DNA of 64,000 nt. It comes from an uncultured Nitrososphaerota archaeon (GTDB lineage Archaea; Thermoproteota; Methanomethylicia; Nezhaarchaeales; WYZ-LMO8). The notes under the pieces are model-generated. The model was not told the origin of the DNA, did no database searches, and saw only the letters and a program-made list of their open reading frames with translations. Position numbers and translations under genes: made by a program. The stretch lies in assembly GCA_964562935.1 (NCBI GenBank), contig CAZLVJ010000002.1:844-64843 (forward strand), given 5' to 3'. Within the stretch, counting starts at the first letter, position 1. The number at the start of each line of letters is the position of its first letter. Positions 46,622 through 56,236 of the stretch are shown here, in pieces.

Positions 46622-47947
46622 GTGATGCCTGCCATAGACCTCATGGAGTCATGGAGGAAGACTCATAGAAACTCTGAAGTTGCGTTGCTACCAGACGGGT
46701 CTGAAGTAGTGTTAATGGGTTGGCTTCATGACGTAAGGGATCTAGGTAGCATCAAGTTCTTATTGGTACGGGACTCATCTGGCATCGTCCAGATAACGAT
46801 CAAGAAGGAACTTGTTGATCAAAACTTGTTGGAAAAGGCCTCTCAAATAACTCGTGAAAGCGTCATAGCAGTAAAGGGCATCGTAAAAAGAAGTGGGAGG
46901 AGTAAGCTCGGAGTCGAGGTACTACCACGTGAGATTAAGGTGCTTAGTCCATCTAAAGCGCCTTTACCTCTAGAAGTTACAGGCAAAGTTCCAGCGGACT
47001 TCGAGACGCGTATGAGCTCTAGGTTCATGGACTTGAGGAGGCCTAGTGAGGCCTTCATCTTTAAGTTACAACATGAAGTTTTAAAGGCCTTAAGAAAGTT
47101 CTTAGACGAAAAAGGGTTCATCGAAGTCATAACGCCAAAGATACTCGTCTCAGCAACCGAGGGTGGCGCAGAGCTATTCAGAGTACAATACTTTGAAAGA
47201 ACGGCCTACCTTGCTCAAAGCCCTCAGCTTTACAAGGAGATTCTGACAAGCTGTTTTGAGAGGGTATACGAGATAGGGGTCTATTTTAGAGCTGAAGAAT
47301 CCAACACTCCTTATCATCTCAATGAGTTCGTGTCGGTCGACATAGAGGCTGCGTTTATGGACTATAGGGATGTCATGAAGATTTTAGAAGAATGCATAGT
47401 CTATGTGTATCGACACCTTAGAAGGGAGTACTACGAGGAGTTGAAGAAAATTCATGGTGATTTTAAGGAGCCCGATACTCCCTTCCCAGTAATTACGTAC
47501 TCTGAAGCTATAGAGCTTCTGCAAAGGGAAGGAGTAAACATAAAATGGGGCGATGACTTAACAGCTCCAGCTCTAAGAGAGCTAAGTAAGGAGTACGGTG
47601 GTTACTACTTTATAACTGACTGGCCAAGCGAAGCAAAACCCTTCTACATAAAGCCTCATCGGGATAACGAGAAAATGTGCGAGAGCTTCGACCTTATGTG
47701 GCGTCACATAGAGCTTGCAAGCGGCGGAAGCAGGATATACCTTCGAGAAGAGCTCGAAGAAAGCATTAAACGCAAGGGGCTCAAGGTCGAGAGCTTTAAA
47801 GAGCACTTGAGGGTCTTTGACTACGGAATGCCGCCTCATGCTGGCTGGGGGTTAGGGCTTTCAAGGTTCCTCATGGTGCTGACTGGTAGGCAAAACATAA
47901 GAGAGGTAGTTCTCTTCCCGCGCGACAGGACAAGGCTAACCCCTTGA
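46622..47947 (+). CDS. aspS: Aspartyl-tRNA synthetase (archaeal class IIb; AsnRS not excluded)
   Basis: 441 aa; N-terminal OB anticodon-binding domain, class II motifs (FRAEESNTPYHLNEF; GLGLSRFLM). Confidence 0.75.
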   Translation: MMPAIDLMESWRKTHRNSEVALLPDGSEVVLMGWLHDVRDLGSIKFLLVRDSSGIVQITIKKELVDQNLLEKASQITRESVIAVKGIVKRSGRSKLGVEVLPREIKVLSPSKAPLPLEVTGKVPADFETRMSSRFMDLRRPSEAFIFKLQHEVLKALRKFLDEKGFIEVITPKILVSATEGGAELFRVQYFERTAYLAQSPQLYKEILTSCFERVYEIGVYFRAEESNTPYHLNEFVSVDIEAAFMDYRDVMKILEECIVYVYRHLRREYYEELKKIHGDFKEPDTPFPVITYSEAIELLQREGVNIKWGDDLTAPALRELSKEYGGYYFITDWPSEAKPFYIKPHRDNEKMCESFDLMWRHIELASGGSRIYLREELEESIKRKGLKVESFKEHLRVFDYGMPPHAGWGLGLSRFLMVLTGRQNIREVVLFPRDRTRLTP

Positions 47948-47966
47948 AATAACAAGGTCGTTAAGA

Positions 47967-49835
47967 ATGGCAAGCAGTAACCTCTATTGGTGCATGAAGT
48001 GCAACGTCCCTCTGCTCTCAAAGAGATGTGATTTGTGCAACGACAGGAAAGTGATTAAGGAGGTGAAGGTAACCCCGCCAAGTAACGTAAAGCCGATGTT
48101 CGCTGAAGAAAGAAATAGGCTTTGGCGGACAGTGAATGAGCAATACGGCGAAGGTGTAGCACCTCTCATAGCTCCGGACGACAAGATATCATTGCTCAAT
48201 AAGGTACCTCACATAGACGCGGCCTACGAGGTAATAGTCGACGGTCATGTATTAGGCCTTTGGGAATACGATGTAAGAGGAGGGGCGTTTTGCTTCATTC
48301 CCTACATGGAAGGAGCGAGGAGGATGGCCAAGCAAAGAGCGAAAAAGTGGATCTTAGTCGATAGAGGTGCTGAAGAGGCAATAGTAGTGCAAGGAAGGAA
48401 CCTATTGGCGCCAGGCGTTAAAGACTATGATGAGGACATACGTGAGGGGGACTTCGTATACGTGGTAAACGAGGAGTGGAAGGCAATAGCAGTGGGCAAG
48501 ATTGCTAGAGGCTTCAAGCAAAAATTAAGTGAGAGAAGGGGTATGATTGCCAAGATTAGGCGTTTTGCTGAGGCCAAAGACGCGGAGGTATTAGCAAAGA
48601 AGGCCTCGTGGGGCGACGCAGTAGATGCTAATAGAAGTTTTCTCGAAATGATGGAGAGGAAGGCCATAACCTTTATACGAGAGGTCTGCAGAAAGAGCGA
48701 CGACCCCGTGCTTGTGTCTTTTTCTGGAGGTAAAGATAGCTTAGCCACGCTGTTACTCGTCAAAAAAGCCTTAGAAAGCTTGGGTAAAGAGTTTTACGTG
48801 TTGTTCACTGATACTGGAATAGAATATCCTGAGACAATAAACTACATAAAGAGAATCTTAAGGCAATTAAGGCTTGAAGACAAGACGATAAGTGTAAGCT
48901 CGTTCGTAGATTTTTTCAAGGCACTCGATCTCTTCGGCCCTCCAGCCCGAGACTTTAGATGGTGTTGCAAGACCTGCAAGTTAGCGCCTATCGCATATAC
49001 TATAAAGAGCTTGGGAGGCAGGTGCTTAACGTTCATCGGCTTACGTGAGATGGAATCAGCGAAGAGAAGGAGACAGGGCGCTGTGTGGGAAGGCATATGG
49101 GTTAAGGGACAGGTGGGCATCTCCCCGATATACGATTGGAGCACGCTCAACGTGTGGTTATATCTATTTAAAGAGGGGGTCGAGCTAAACCCCTTGTATT
49201 ACAAAGGGCTTGAGCGAATAGGTTGTTGGGTCTGCCCTAGCATGGACTTAGCTGAAATGAGAATAGTCGAAGAAATCATAGGCCCTTCATGGCATGAGTA
49301 TTTAAAGAAAATATCCGAGTCCCTCTCCTTGAGCGAACAGGAAGTGAAGCTAGGCCTGTGGAGGTGGCGCTTTAAGCCCCCTAGGTGGTTGAGGTCGGGA
49401 GAGAAGAAGATGCACAGGAGGCAGGCCAGGTACTTGTACGAGAAAAAGGAGGTTCGAATCGAAAAAGAAGACGATTTTAAGAGATTGCTTAGCATATTAA
49501 AGACCATGTACGAAGTACACGATGAAGGCGGACAAGTGACATTACTGGACAAAGAGAGAAGTATTGCAATTTTAATGAGAGAGAAAGAGAAGATAATTAT
49601 AGAGGCAGAGAGTAGGCATTGGCTTAAAATTTTTAGAGGTACAGCTCGTGCTTTGGCCTGCGTTAAGTGCATGTTGTGTTTTGCTACGTGTCCCAACAAG
49701 GCCATAGAATTAAGGCAAGAGGGTATCGAAGTTTCAACAGAGAAGTGTACAGCTTGCGGTGAATGTAACTACACGTGCCCCGTATGGGCTTACAGCCTAA
49801 AGGCCCCTCATATTGCGAAAAGGTTATTAGAGTAA
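47967..49835 (+). CDS. PP-loop ATP pyrophosphatase (PAPS-reductase/TtuA-like) with N-terminal Zn ribbon/PUA-like domain and C-terminal 2x[4Fe-4S] ferredoxin domain
   Basis: 622 aa; CMKCN...CDLC ribbon; VLVSFSGGKDSLATLLL PP-loop; CVKCMLCFATCP and CTACGECNYTCP ferredoxin motifs. Confidence 0.6.
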   Translation: MASSNLYWCMKCNVPLLSKRCDLCNDRKVIKEVKVTPPSNVKPMFAEERNRLWRTVNEQYGEGVAPLIAPDDKISLLNKVPHIDAAYEVIVDGHVLGLWEYDVRGGAFCFIPYMEGARRMAKQRAKKWILVDRGAEEAIVVQGRNLLAPGVKDYDEDIREGDFVYVVNEEWKAIAVGKIARGFKQKLSERRGMIAKIRRFAEAKDAEVLAKKASWGDAVDANRSFLEMMERKAITFIREVCRKSDDPVLVSFSGGKDSLATLLLVKKALESLGKEFYVLFTDTGIEYPETINYIKRILRQLRLEDKTISVSSFVDFFKALDLFGPPARDFRWCCKTCKLAPIAYTIKSLGGRCLTFIGLREMESAKRRRQGAVWEGIWVKGQVGISPIYDWSTLNVWLYLFKEGVELNPLYYKGLERIGCWVCPSMDLAEMRIVEEIIGPSWHEYLKKISESLSLSEQEVKLGLWRWRFKPPRWLRSGEKKMHRRQARYLYEKKEVRIEKEDDFKRLLSILKTMYEVHDEGGQVTLLDKERSIAILMREKEKIIIEAESRHWLKIFRGTARALACVKCMLCFATCPNKAIELRQEGIEVSTEKCTACGECNYTCPVWAYSLKAPHIAKRLLE

Positions 49836-49886
49836 ATAAGTTATCTTAGGCTGAGCCATTCCCAACGCCATGGAGGGGCTGCTAAC

Positions 49887-50618
49887 ATGTTCACGCCACC
49901 AGGGCTGGGGTACGACAGGGCAATAACTGTCTTCTCGCCAGAGGGAAGGTTGTATCAAGTCGAATACGCGCTCGAGGCAGTTAAAAGAGGGTGGACGACT
50001 TTAGGCATAAGATGCAGAGATGGCGTAGTGGTCGCCGTAGAGAAGAAGAGAATATCGCCGCTCGTCGATCCTGAAACTATGGAGAAGATATGGAAAGTGG
50101 ACGATCATGTGGGAATAGCCTATGCCGGATTGGCCTCCGATGGACGTGTCTTGATCGATAGGGCTAGGATAGAGGCACAAATATACAGGCTGATATACGA
50201 TGAGCCCATAGACGTAGAGGTCCTAACACGTCGGATAAGCGACCTCAAGCAACTATACACTCAACACGCAGGAGTTAGACCTTTCGGTGTGTCATTTATA
50301 ATAGCTGGCGTCGATAGAACTGGGCCCAGGCTTTACATGACGGAGCCTAGTGGTGCATACGCAGGCTACTACGCCGTAGTCATAGGTGCTGGCTCACAAA
50401 CGGCCACGGAGATCCTCGAAAAACATTACAGCCAAGGGCTAAGCGTAGAAGACGGTATAATGTTGGCGTTAAAATGCATGGAGGCCGTAGTCGAAGGAGG
50501 GTTAAGCGTAGAGAAAATCGAAATAGCAATAGCCGAAGTCAAGACTGGGCGATTCGATAAGCTAAAGGTCCAGGATGTCAAAGAGTTAATAGAGAAGTTT
50601 AGGGAACGGATGAAATAG
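49887..50618 (+). CDS. psmA: Proteasome alpha subunit
   Basis: 243 aa; YDRAITVFSPEGRLYQVEYALEAV signature. Confidence 0.9.
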   Translation: MFTPPGLGYDRAITVFSPEGRLYQVEYALEAVKRGWTTLGIRCRDGVVVAVEKKRISPLVDPETMEKIWKVDDHVGIAYAGLASDGRVLIDRARIEAQIYRLIYDEPIDVEVLTRRISDLKQLYTQHAGVRPFGVSFIIAGVDRTGPRLYMTEPSGAYAGYYAVVIGAGSQTATEILEKHYSQGLSVEDGIMLALKCMEAVVEGGLSVEKIEIAIAEVKTGRFDKLKVQDVKELIEKFRERMK

Positions 50619-50620
50619 TT

Positions 50621-51319
50621 ATGAGTGAGAGCGAACACTCCATAGCAAGGCTCGTCCTCGGATCGGAAAGGTTTGAGATACTTATAAACCCTGAAAAAGC
50701 CTGGCAGATAAAACAAGGAGCGAAAGTCGACGTAAGAGAGGCTATGATAAGCGACGTGATATACAAAGATGCCAAGAAGGGGTTGAGGGCTTCGCGAGAG
50801 GCGCTTCAGAAGACCTTTAAGACCCTCGATCCCTACGAAATAGGCAAGGTCATAATCCAACGAGGAGAGATACAGCTAACAGCTAAGCAAAGAAAAGAGC
50901 TCATAGAAAGCAAGCGTAAGCAAATAATAGCCTATATATCGAGGAACTGCGTCGACTCGAAGACCGGGCTACCATTGCCTCCGACCAGAGTAGAGCTGTT
51001 ATTGGATGAGGTTAAGGTCTCTATAGACCCATTCAAAGATGCTAAAGAACAAGCACTAGAGATAATCAAGGTTCTGAGAACCAAGACCCCCATAAAGATC
51101 TCGAAGACGTTGCTAGAGATAAGGGCTTCTCCACAGCACGCCAGCAAGGTCTACTCTATAGTGCCTCGCTACGGTGAGGTGCTAAAAAGTCAATGGCTGG
51201 GAGATGGCTCTTGGAAGGGCGAGGTAGAGGTCCCCGCCGGATTGCAGTTAGAACTTATTGATAAGCTCAATAAAATGACACAAGGAGACATTGAAATCAA
51301 GGTTGTAAGCAAGAGTTGA
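50621..51319 (+). CDS. SBDS (Shwachman-Bodian-Diamond) homolog
   Basis: 232 aa; ARLVLGSERFEILINP N-terminus; position in exosome superoperon. Confidence 0.75.
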   Translation: MSESEHSIARLVLGSERFEILINPEKAWQIKQGAKVDVREAMISDVIYKDAKKGLRASREALQKTFKTLDPYEIGKVIIQRGEIQLTAKQRKELIESKRKQIIAYISRNCVDSKTGLPLPPTRVELLLDEVKVSIDPFKDAKEQALEIIKVLRTKTPIKISKTLLEIRASPQHASKVYSIVPRYGEVLKSQWLGDGSWKGEVEVPAGLQLELIDKLNKMTQGDIEIKVVSKS

Positions 51320-52014
51320 GGTTCATGCCCATTTACGTTAAGGATTGGGACGTCGTAGTCCCAGGAGAGCTCTTGGCGGAGGGAGACTACACAGCTGGCC
51401 CCTATGTGTACAAGGAGGGCAACAAGCTGTTCGCCACCACTATTGGGATCGTGGAGAGCAAGAGGGGGGTCATAAGGGTGGTACCATTGCAGGGACCTTA
51501 CATACCTAAGGTAGGCGACGTAGTCATAGGGATCGTCGTGGATTATTTGCCCACGGCCTACGTGCTCGACATAAACTCTTCATACAAGGCCATACTACAA
51601 GCTGCAGAGGTATTACCTCCTCAGAAAAACGCGTTAACCGAAGATCTATCTAAGTATTTGGATGTAGGGGATGCCGTCGTGTGCAAAGTCGTGAGATTTG
51701 ATAGGTACTCAGATGCCATAGTTTCTTGCAAGGGTAGGGAGTTGGGTAAGGTAACTGATGGGAGGCTCATCAGAGTTAGCCCCGCTAAAATACCAAGGCT
51801 TATAGGCAGGAAGGGCTCTATGATAAATCTGGTTAAAAAAGAGACGGGATGTAAAATAGTGACAGGACAAAACGGCTTCATATGGATAAAGGGCAAAGAC
51901 CCGACATCGGAACTCTTGGCGGAAAGAGTCATAAGGAAAATCGATGAGGAGGCCCACATAAGTGGGCTTACACAACGCATTCAGCTCATGTTACAATTGG
52001 AAAGGAGGGGTTGA
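51316..52014 (+). CDS. rrp4: Exosome cap subunit Rrp4 (S1 + KH)
   Basis: 232 aa; S1 then KH (GRKGSMINLVKKETGCKI). Confidence 0.8.
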   Translation: MRFMPIYVKDWDVVVPGELLAEGDYTAGPYVYKEGNKLFATTIGIVESKRGVIRVVPLQGPYIPKVGDVVIGIVVDYLPTAYVLDINSSYKAILQAAEVLPPQKNALTEDLSKYLDVGDAVVCKVVRFDRYSDAIVSCKGRELGKVTDGRLIRVSPAKIPRLIGRKGSMINLVKKETGCKIVTGQNGFIWIKGKDPTSELLAERVIRKIDEEAHISGLTQRIQLMLQLERRG

Positions 52015-52020
52015 CGTCTG

Positions 52021-52776
52021 TTGAGTATGGGGGGCAAGGAGCTCGTACTAATAACCCCTGATGGGAGGAGGCTTGACGGAAGAAGGCCAGACGAAATAAG
52101 GGAGATCAAAATAAAGGTCGGGATACTGGAGAATGCCGATGGCTCCGCTTACGTTGAACAGGGCCATACTAAAGTTTATGCAGCTGTTTACGGACCGCGC
52201 GAGGTACATCCTAGACATTTGGCCCTGCCCAATAGAGCTGTCATAAGATGTAGATACCACATGACCCCTTTTTCGGTTGAAGAGAGGAAGTCGCCCGCGC
52301 CCACGAGAAGAGAGATAGAACTATCAAAGGTGATAAGAGAGGCATTGACTCCGGCAATCATTGTGGAACAATTTCCATCCTCGGCAATTGATGTCTTTAT
52401 AGAGGTGATCAACGCGGATGGTAGTACTCGTTGCGCAAGTATAATTGCAGCATCTGTCGCATTAGCATCGGCGGGCATACCTATGAGGGATCTAGTGGCG
52501 GCATGCTCTATTGGCAAGATAAATGGTGTGCTCGTCCTCGACGTTACTGACATCGAGGACAAGTATGGAGAAGTGGACATGCCCTTTGCTATGATGCCTA
52601 ATCGAAACGAGATAACTCTATTCCAATTGGATGGAGTACTAACTCTCGAGGAAATCGAGAAGGCAATTTCCATGACCACCAAAGCTTGCAAGGAGATATA
52701 TGAGAGACAGAAGAGCGCTCTGAAGGAGAAGTACATCGAGTTACGAAAAGCAATCGAGGAGGGCGGTAAGGCGTGA
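52021..52776 (+). CDS. rrp41: Exosome catalytic subunit Rrp41 (RNase PH fold)
   Basis: 251 aa; [21 protein letters not shown]-terminus. Confidence 0.85.
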   Translation: MSMGGKELVLITPDGRRLDGRRPDEIREIKIKVGILENADGSAYVEQGHTKVYAAVYGPREVHPRHLALPNRAVIRCRYHMTPFSVEERKSPAPTRREIELSKVIREALTPAIIVEQFPSSAIDVFIEVINADGSTRCASIIAASVALASAGIPMRDLVAACSIGKINGVLVLDVTDIEDKYGEVDMPFAMMPNRNEITLFQLDGVLTLEEIEKAISMTTKACKEIYERQKSALKEKYIELRKAIEEGGKA

Positions 52777-53579
52777 TGCCAAAACTGAAGAAGCAGCAAA
52801 TAATGGATCTCCTTTCGTCTGGAAGGAGGATTGACGGAAGAGGGCTAGAGGACCTAAGGCCTGTAGAAATTAGATGTCGAAGTGTAAAGAACGCCGAGGG
52901 CTCGGCCGAGGTTAGACTTGGCAAGACTTTGGCAATAGCAGGAGTGAAGACGAGCGTAGGGACGCCCTTCGCCGATGCCCCAGACATGGGGGTGATGATA
53001 GTTAACGCTGAGTTCCTCCCAATAGCATCGCCAACATTTGAGCCGGGTCCTCCTGACGAAAATGCTATAGAATTGGCAAGGGTCATAGACAGAGGCCTGA
53101 GAAGAGCTGAGATGATAGACTTAAAACAACTTTGCATAGTCCCTGGCAAGGCTGTCTGGGAGGTATGGATCGACATTCATGCTCTGAACCACGATGGCAA
53201 CCTCATGGACGCTTCGGCCCTAGCAGCTGTAACAGCCATTTTAACAGCAGAGATACCCAAAGCCGTAGTGAGCGAAAAGGGCGAGGTGACGATTAACAAG
53301 AGCGAAAGACAAAAGTTGCCCATAAAGAGCATACCTATCACGGTCACGGTCGCTAAAATAGGTGATAAGCTGGTTGTCGATCCAAGCTTGGACGAAGAAG
53401 AGGTCTCAGACTCATTTTTGACAGCAACTTTCGTGGGTGACAATGTCTACGCCGTCCAAAAGAGGGGGGAGAAAGGTTTAACTGTAGAGGAGACTATGAG
53501 GGCTCTTCAAATAGCAAGGCAAAAGGCTCGTGAGCTCCTCAAGATAGTTAAGGAGGTCGTAGGCAGTGGGCAGGACTAA
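52773..53579 (+). CDS. rrp42: Exosome subunit Rrp42
   Basis: 268 aa; [16 protein letters not shown]-terminus; GTGA overlap with rrp41. Confidence 0.85.
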   Translation: MMPKLKKQQIMDLLSSGRRIDGRGLEDLRPVEIRCRSVKNAEGSAEVRLGKTLAIAGVKTSVGTPFADAPDMGVMIVNAEFLPIASPTFEPGPPDENAIELARVIDRGLRRAEMIDLKQLCIVPGKAVWEVWIDIHALNHDGNLMDASALAAVTAILTAEIPKAVVSEKGEVTINKSERQKLPIKSIPITVTVAKIGDKLVVDPSLDEEEVSDSFLTATFVGDNVYAVQKRGEKGLTVEETMRALQIARQKARELLKIVKEVVGSGQD

Positions 53580-53793
53580 GAAGGTCAAAACTGCTGGCAG
53601 ATTTGGAGCAAGATATGGAGCAACAATAAGGAAGAAGGTGGCAGAGATAGAGGCAATGATGAGGGGCCCTCACAAGTGTCCTTACTGCTATTCGGTGGGC
53701 AAGGTAAAGCGTAAGGCCGTGGGCATATGGTATTGCAGGAAGTGCAAGGCAATCTTCAGCGGAGGGGCCTATGTGCCGAGAACTGGGCTATGA
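53566..53793 (+). CDS. rpl37ae: 50S ribosomal protein L37ae
   Basis: 75 aa; GRFGARYGATIRK and CPYC...CRKC ribbon. Confidence 0.85.
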   Translation: MGRTKKVKTAGRFGARYGATIRKKVAEIEAMMRGPHKCPYCYSVGKVKRKAVGIWYCRKCKAIFSGGAYVPRTGL

Positions 53794-54353
53794 GAGAGCC
53801 TCCGCTCAGCGTTAAGTACGTGATATCAACATGTCTTAGGCCTTCGAGGAGACTGCGCACTTTTGGACGAGATTTATCGCATGCGCTAATTAATGGCTAT
53901 TATATAACTCGAGGGAAGAGGAGATTGCTAGATCTAAAGGGATTGGCTTTAAGCTTCAAAGCCTCAAGATTAGTCATAATTCAAGCGAAGAGGGGTAACC
54001 CCAGCAAGTTGGATTTTTACGATGCGACTCTTGAAGGAGTGCCACTACTAGGTTCACTGCTCGTATCGGGCGTAAAACTTGTTAGAGAGCAGAAACACGC
54101 TACACGAGCCCCTCGACAAGCAAGGCTTGTCGTCCATTACGATCTCGAGGTCATACCTCCTGAGGTGAGGCGAGAAGTTATGCTGATTCCCACGTTATTT
54201 GATTTGGGGGTCAGTACAACAGAGGACGATAGGTGGGTCTTGAGAATTTCGTGGACTGAGAGAGGCCTTGAGATCTCATTTATCGACAGAGACCGAGCTT
54301 TGTCGTTTGGCCCAGTTATAAGGGTGAGGCGAGTTGTCTTATCAACAACATAG
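53790..54353 (+). CDS. Brix-domain (Imp4-like) ribosome biogenesis protein
   Basis: Start reset to ATGA-coupled Met (MREPPLSVKYVISTC...); Brix-like core; superoperon position. Confidence 0.55.
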   Translation: MREPPLSVKYVISTCLRPSRRLRTFGRDLSHALINGYYITRGKRRLLDLKGLALSFKASRLVIIQAKRGNPSKLDFYDATLEGVPLLGSLLVSGVKLVREQKHATRAPRQARLVVHYDLEVIPPEVRREVMLIPTLFDLGVSTTEDDRWVLRISWTERGLEISFIDRDRALSFGPVIRVRRVVLSTT

Positions 54354-54618
54354 CGCAAAGATAGTCATTAGAGGTGAGGAGTGCGGGCTCAACATATTGT
54401 TCTCAGCTCTCAAACCCGAGTGCGAAGAGAAGGGTAGAGGTTTTTCTGCCGAGATGGTCATCGACGGGGAAAAGTTAATAATAAAATTGAGCGCTAAGAG
54501 CTTGAGTAGGTTAAGAGCGGTAACGAACTCGTACTTGAGGTGGATAAAGTCAATATTTGAAATCGTTGAGAGTGGTGAGGTATATGCAAACGCAGATCCC
54601 ACCCGAAGTACAGCATAA
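54334..54618 (+). CDS. pcc1: KEOPS subunit Pcc1
   Basis: 94 aa; ...SLSRLRAVTNSYLRWIKSI resembles the Pcc1 C-terminal helix; superoperon position. Confidence 0.5.
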   Translation: MSYQQHSAKIVIRGEECGLNILFSALKPECEEKGRGFSAEMVIDGEKLIIKLSAKSLSRLRAVTNSYLRWIKSIFEIVESGEVYANADPTRSTA

Positions 54619-54937
54619 GATAATGCAGTTGCAGGAATTGCAGGAGAGAATTAGGGCACTGGTCTTGCGAAGACAACAGCTCGAAGTAGAGCTAAGAGAC
54701 GTCGAGAACGCGCTAGACGAACTTAAAAATGTCAGTGAGGACGTGTCCATTTTTAAGTTCGCCGGGAGGATATTGATGCGTGTGAGCAAGGACGCCATAG
54801 TCAAGGAGCTGACAGAGAAGAAAGAGACACTAGAGTTGCACATAAAGACCTTGGAAAGACAAGAAGCTCACGCTAAGAAGAGGTTAGAAGAGCTCAGGCA
54901 AGACTTGAGCCAGAAGCTGAGGGGCATATCAATGTAG
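54584..54937 (+). CDS. pfdB: Prefoldin beta subunit
   Basis: Coiled-coil; MQTQIPPEVQHKIMQLQELQ N-terminus typical of PfdB. Confidence 0.65.
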   Translation: MQTQIPPEVQHKIMQLQELQERIRALVLRRQQLEVELRDVENALDELKNVSEDVSIFKFAGRILMRVSKDAIVKELTEKKETLELHIKTLERQEAHAKKRLEELRQDLSQKLRGISM

Positions 54938-54959
54938 ATGGGCTTATACGAGATAAAAA

Positions 54960-55259
54960 ATGTCTAGCGTTGAGGAGGTGCTCAGAAGAGTTCATGAGGC
55001 AGCTATAAAACATTTGATGAGTCTCCTGCGACCTGAGGAGCTTATAGACGCAAATGTCTCGCTATCCTTTGAGAGCGGCGTCCTGAACGTCGAGGTCGAA
55101 GTGCATTTACATGAGGCAAGTCTGAAGAGGCCTAACGAGATAGCCAGGCAAGTCACACAATACGTAATTGATCTATTCGATAGCATGTGGAGGGAGGCTC
55201 TTGAAAGAGGTACTCCTAATAAAGATGATAAGAGGGGTTGGCAAGATAGTCATAACTAG
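54960..55259 (+). CDS. Hypothetical protein
   Basis: 99-aa ORF between pfdB and DHH gene; no recognised motif. Confidence 0.25.
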   Translation: MSSVEEVLRRVHEAAIKHLMSLLRPEELIDANVSLSFESGVLNVEVEVHLHEASLKRPNEIARQVTQYVIDLFDSMWREALERGTPNKDDKRGWQDSHN

Positions 55260-56196
55260 TCACCAGAATAGTGATGTCGATGCCGTGCTAAGTTGCTATG
55301 TCGCTAAGAAGATCATCGACAAACTCAACCCACGGGCTACAGTCGATATAATAACGCCTGGGATGAACCTTCAAGCAAGAAGAGTTGCTGAAAGCCTGGG
55401 GATCGCGGCCCAAATACTAGAAAAGGACTCTCTTCCCGAATACGAGCTATGCCTAATGATAGACGTCAACAATTTAACACATATAGGCGTCCTGAGGAAT
55501 TATATAACACGAGATAAACCAGTGGCAATAATAGACCACCACAGGCCTTCGATCAACATACCCCCTAACGCTTTGTCGATAATAGACGAGAAGGCCGTAG
55601 CAACAGCAGAAGTCCTATGTGACGTCTTGATCGGCCTAGATTTAAAGCCGACGAGAGAAGAGGCGCAATGCCTGTTGATCGGCATACTATCAGATTCTAG
55701 GAGGTTGCTCATAGGGACCGAGAAGACGTTACGAGACGTCGCTTTTCTTTTGTCCCACGGGGCTTCGTTGCCCGAGGCCATAGCCACTCTCAGCATACCA
55801 ATGAGCTACTCTGAGAGAATAGCGAGACTGAAAGCTTCGCAAAGAGCGACTCTGTACTCCCTAGGTCAGTGGATAATAGCCGTTTCAAATGTGGGTTCGT
55901 ACGAGGCTTCAGCGGCGAGAGCGCTAATCGATTTAGGTGCTGACTTGGCCGCCGTCTGCAATGAGCTCGATAGCGAGGTTAGGCTGTGTGCCAGAGCTAA
56001 CGAAGAGTTCGTTAGGGGTACCAACATGCACCTTGGAGAGGAGCTGGAAAGGCTAGGTTCGCTGATGTCTGGTTCGGGTGGGGGCCACGCCAGCGCTGCT
56101 TGTGTTACCGCCCCAAGGCAATGTAGTGAAGTCATAAATGAATTTCTCGCGCTCGTGAGCAATAAGTTAAGGTTGCCCCTCAAGAAAATAGACTAA
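55225..56196 (+). CDS. DHH/DHHA1 phosphoesterase, NrnA-like
   Basis: IVITSHQNSDVDAVLS (DHH motif I), IIDHH, C-terminal GGGHASAA DHHA1 motif. Confidence 0.6.
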   Translation: MIRGVGKIVITSHQNSDVDAVLSCYVAKKIIDKLNPRATVDIITPGMNLQARRVAESLGIAAQILEKDSLPEYELCLMIDVNNLTHIGVLRNYITRDKPVAIIDHHRPSINIPPNALSIIDEKAVATAEVLCDVLIGLDLKPTREEAQCLLIGILSDSRRLLIGTEKTLRDVAFLLSHGASLPEAIATLSIPMSYSERIARLKASQRATLYSLGQWIIAVSNVGSYEASAARALIDLGADLAAVCNELDSEVRLCARANEEFVRGTNMHLGEELERLGSLMSGSGGGHASAACVTAPRQCSEVINEFLALVSNKLRLPLKKID

Positions 56197-56236
56197 GAAT
56201 AGAGCAATAGAGCTAAATGGCAAGGTAAGTAAAAGA

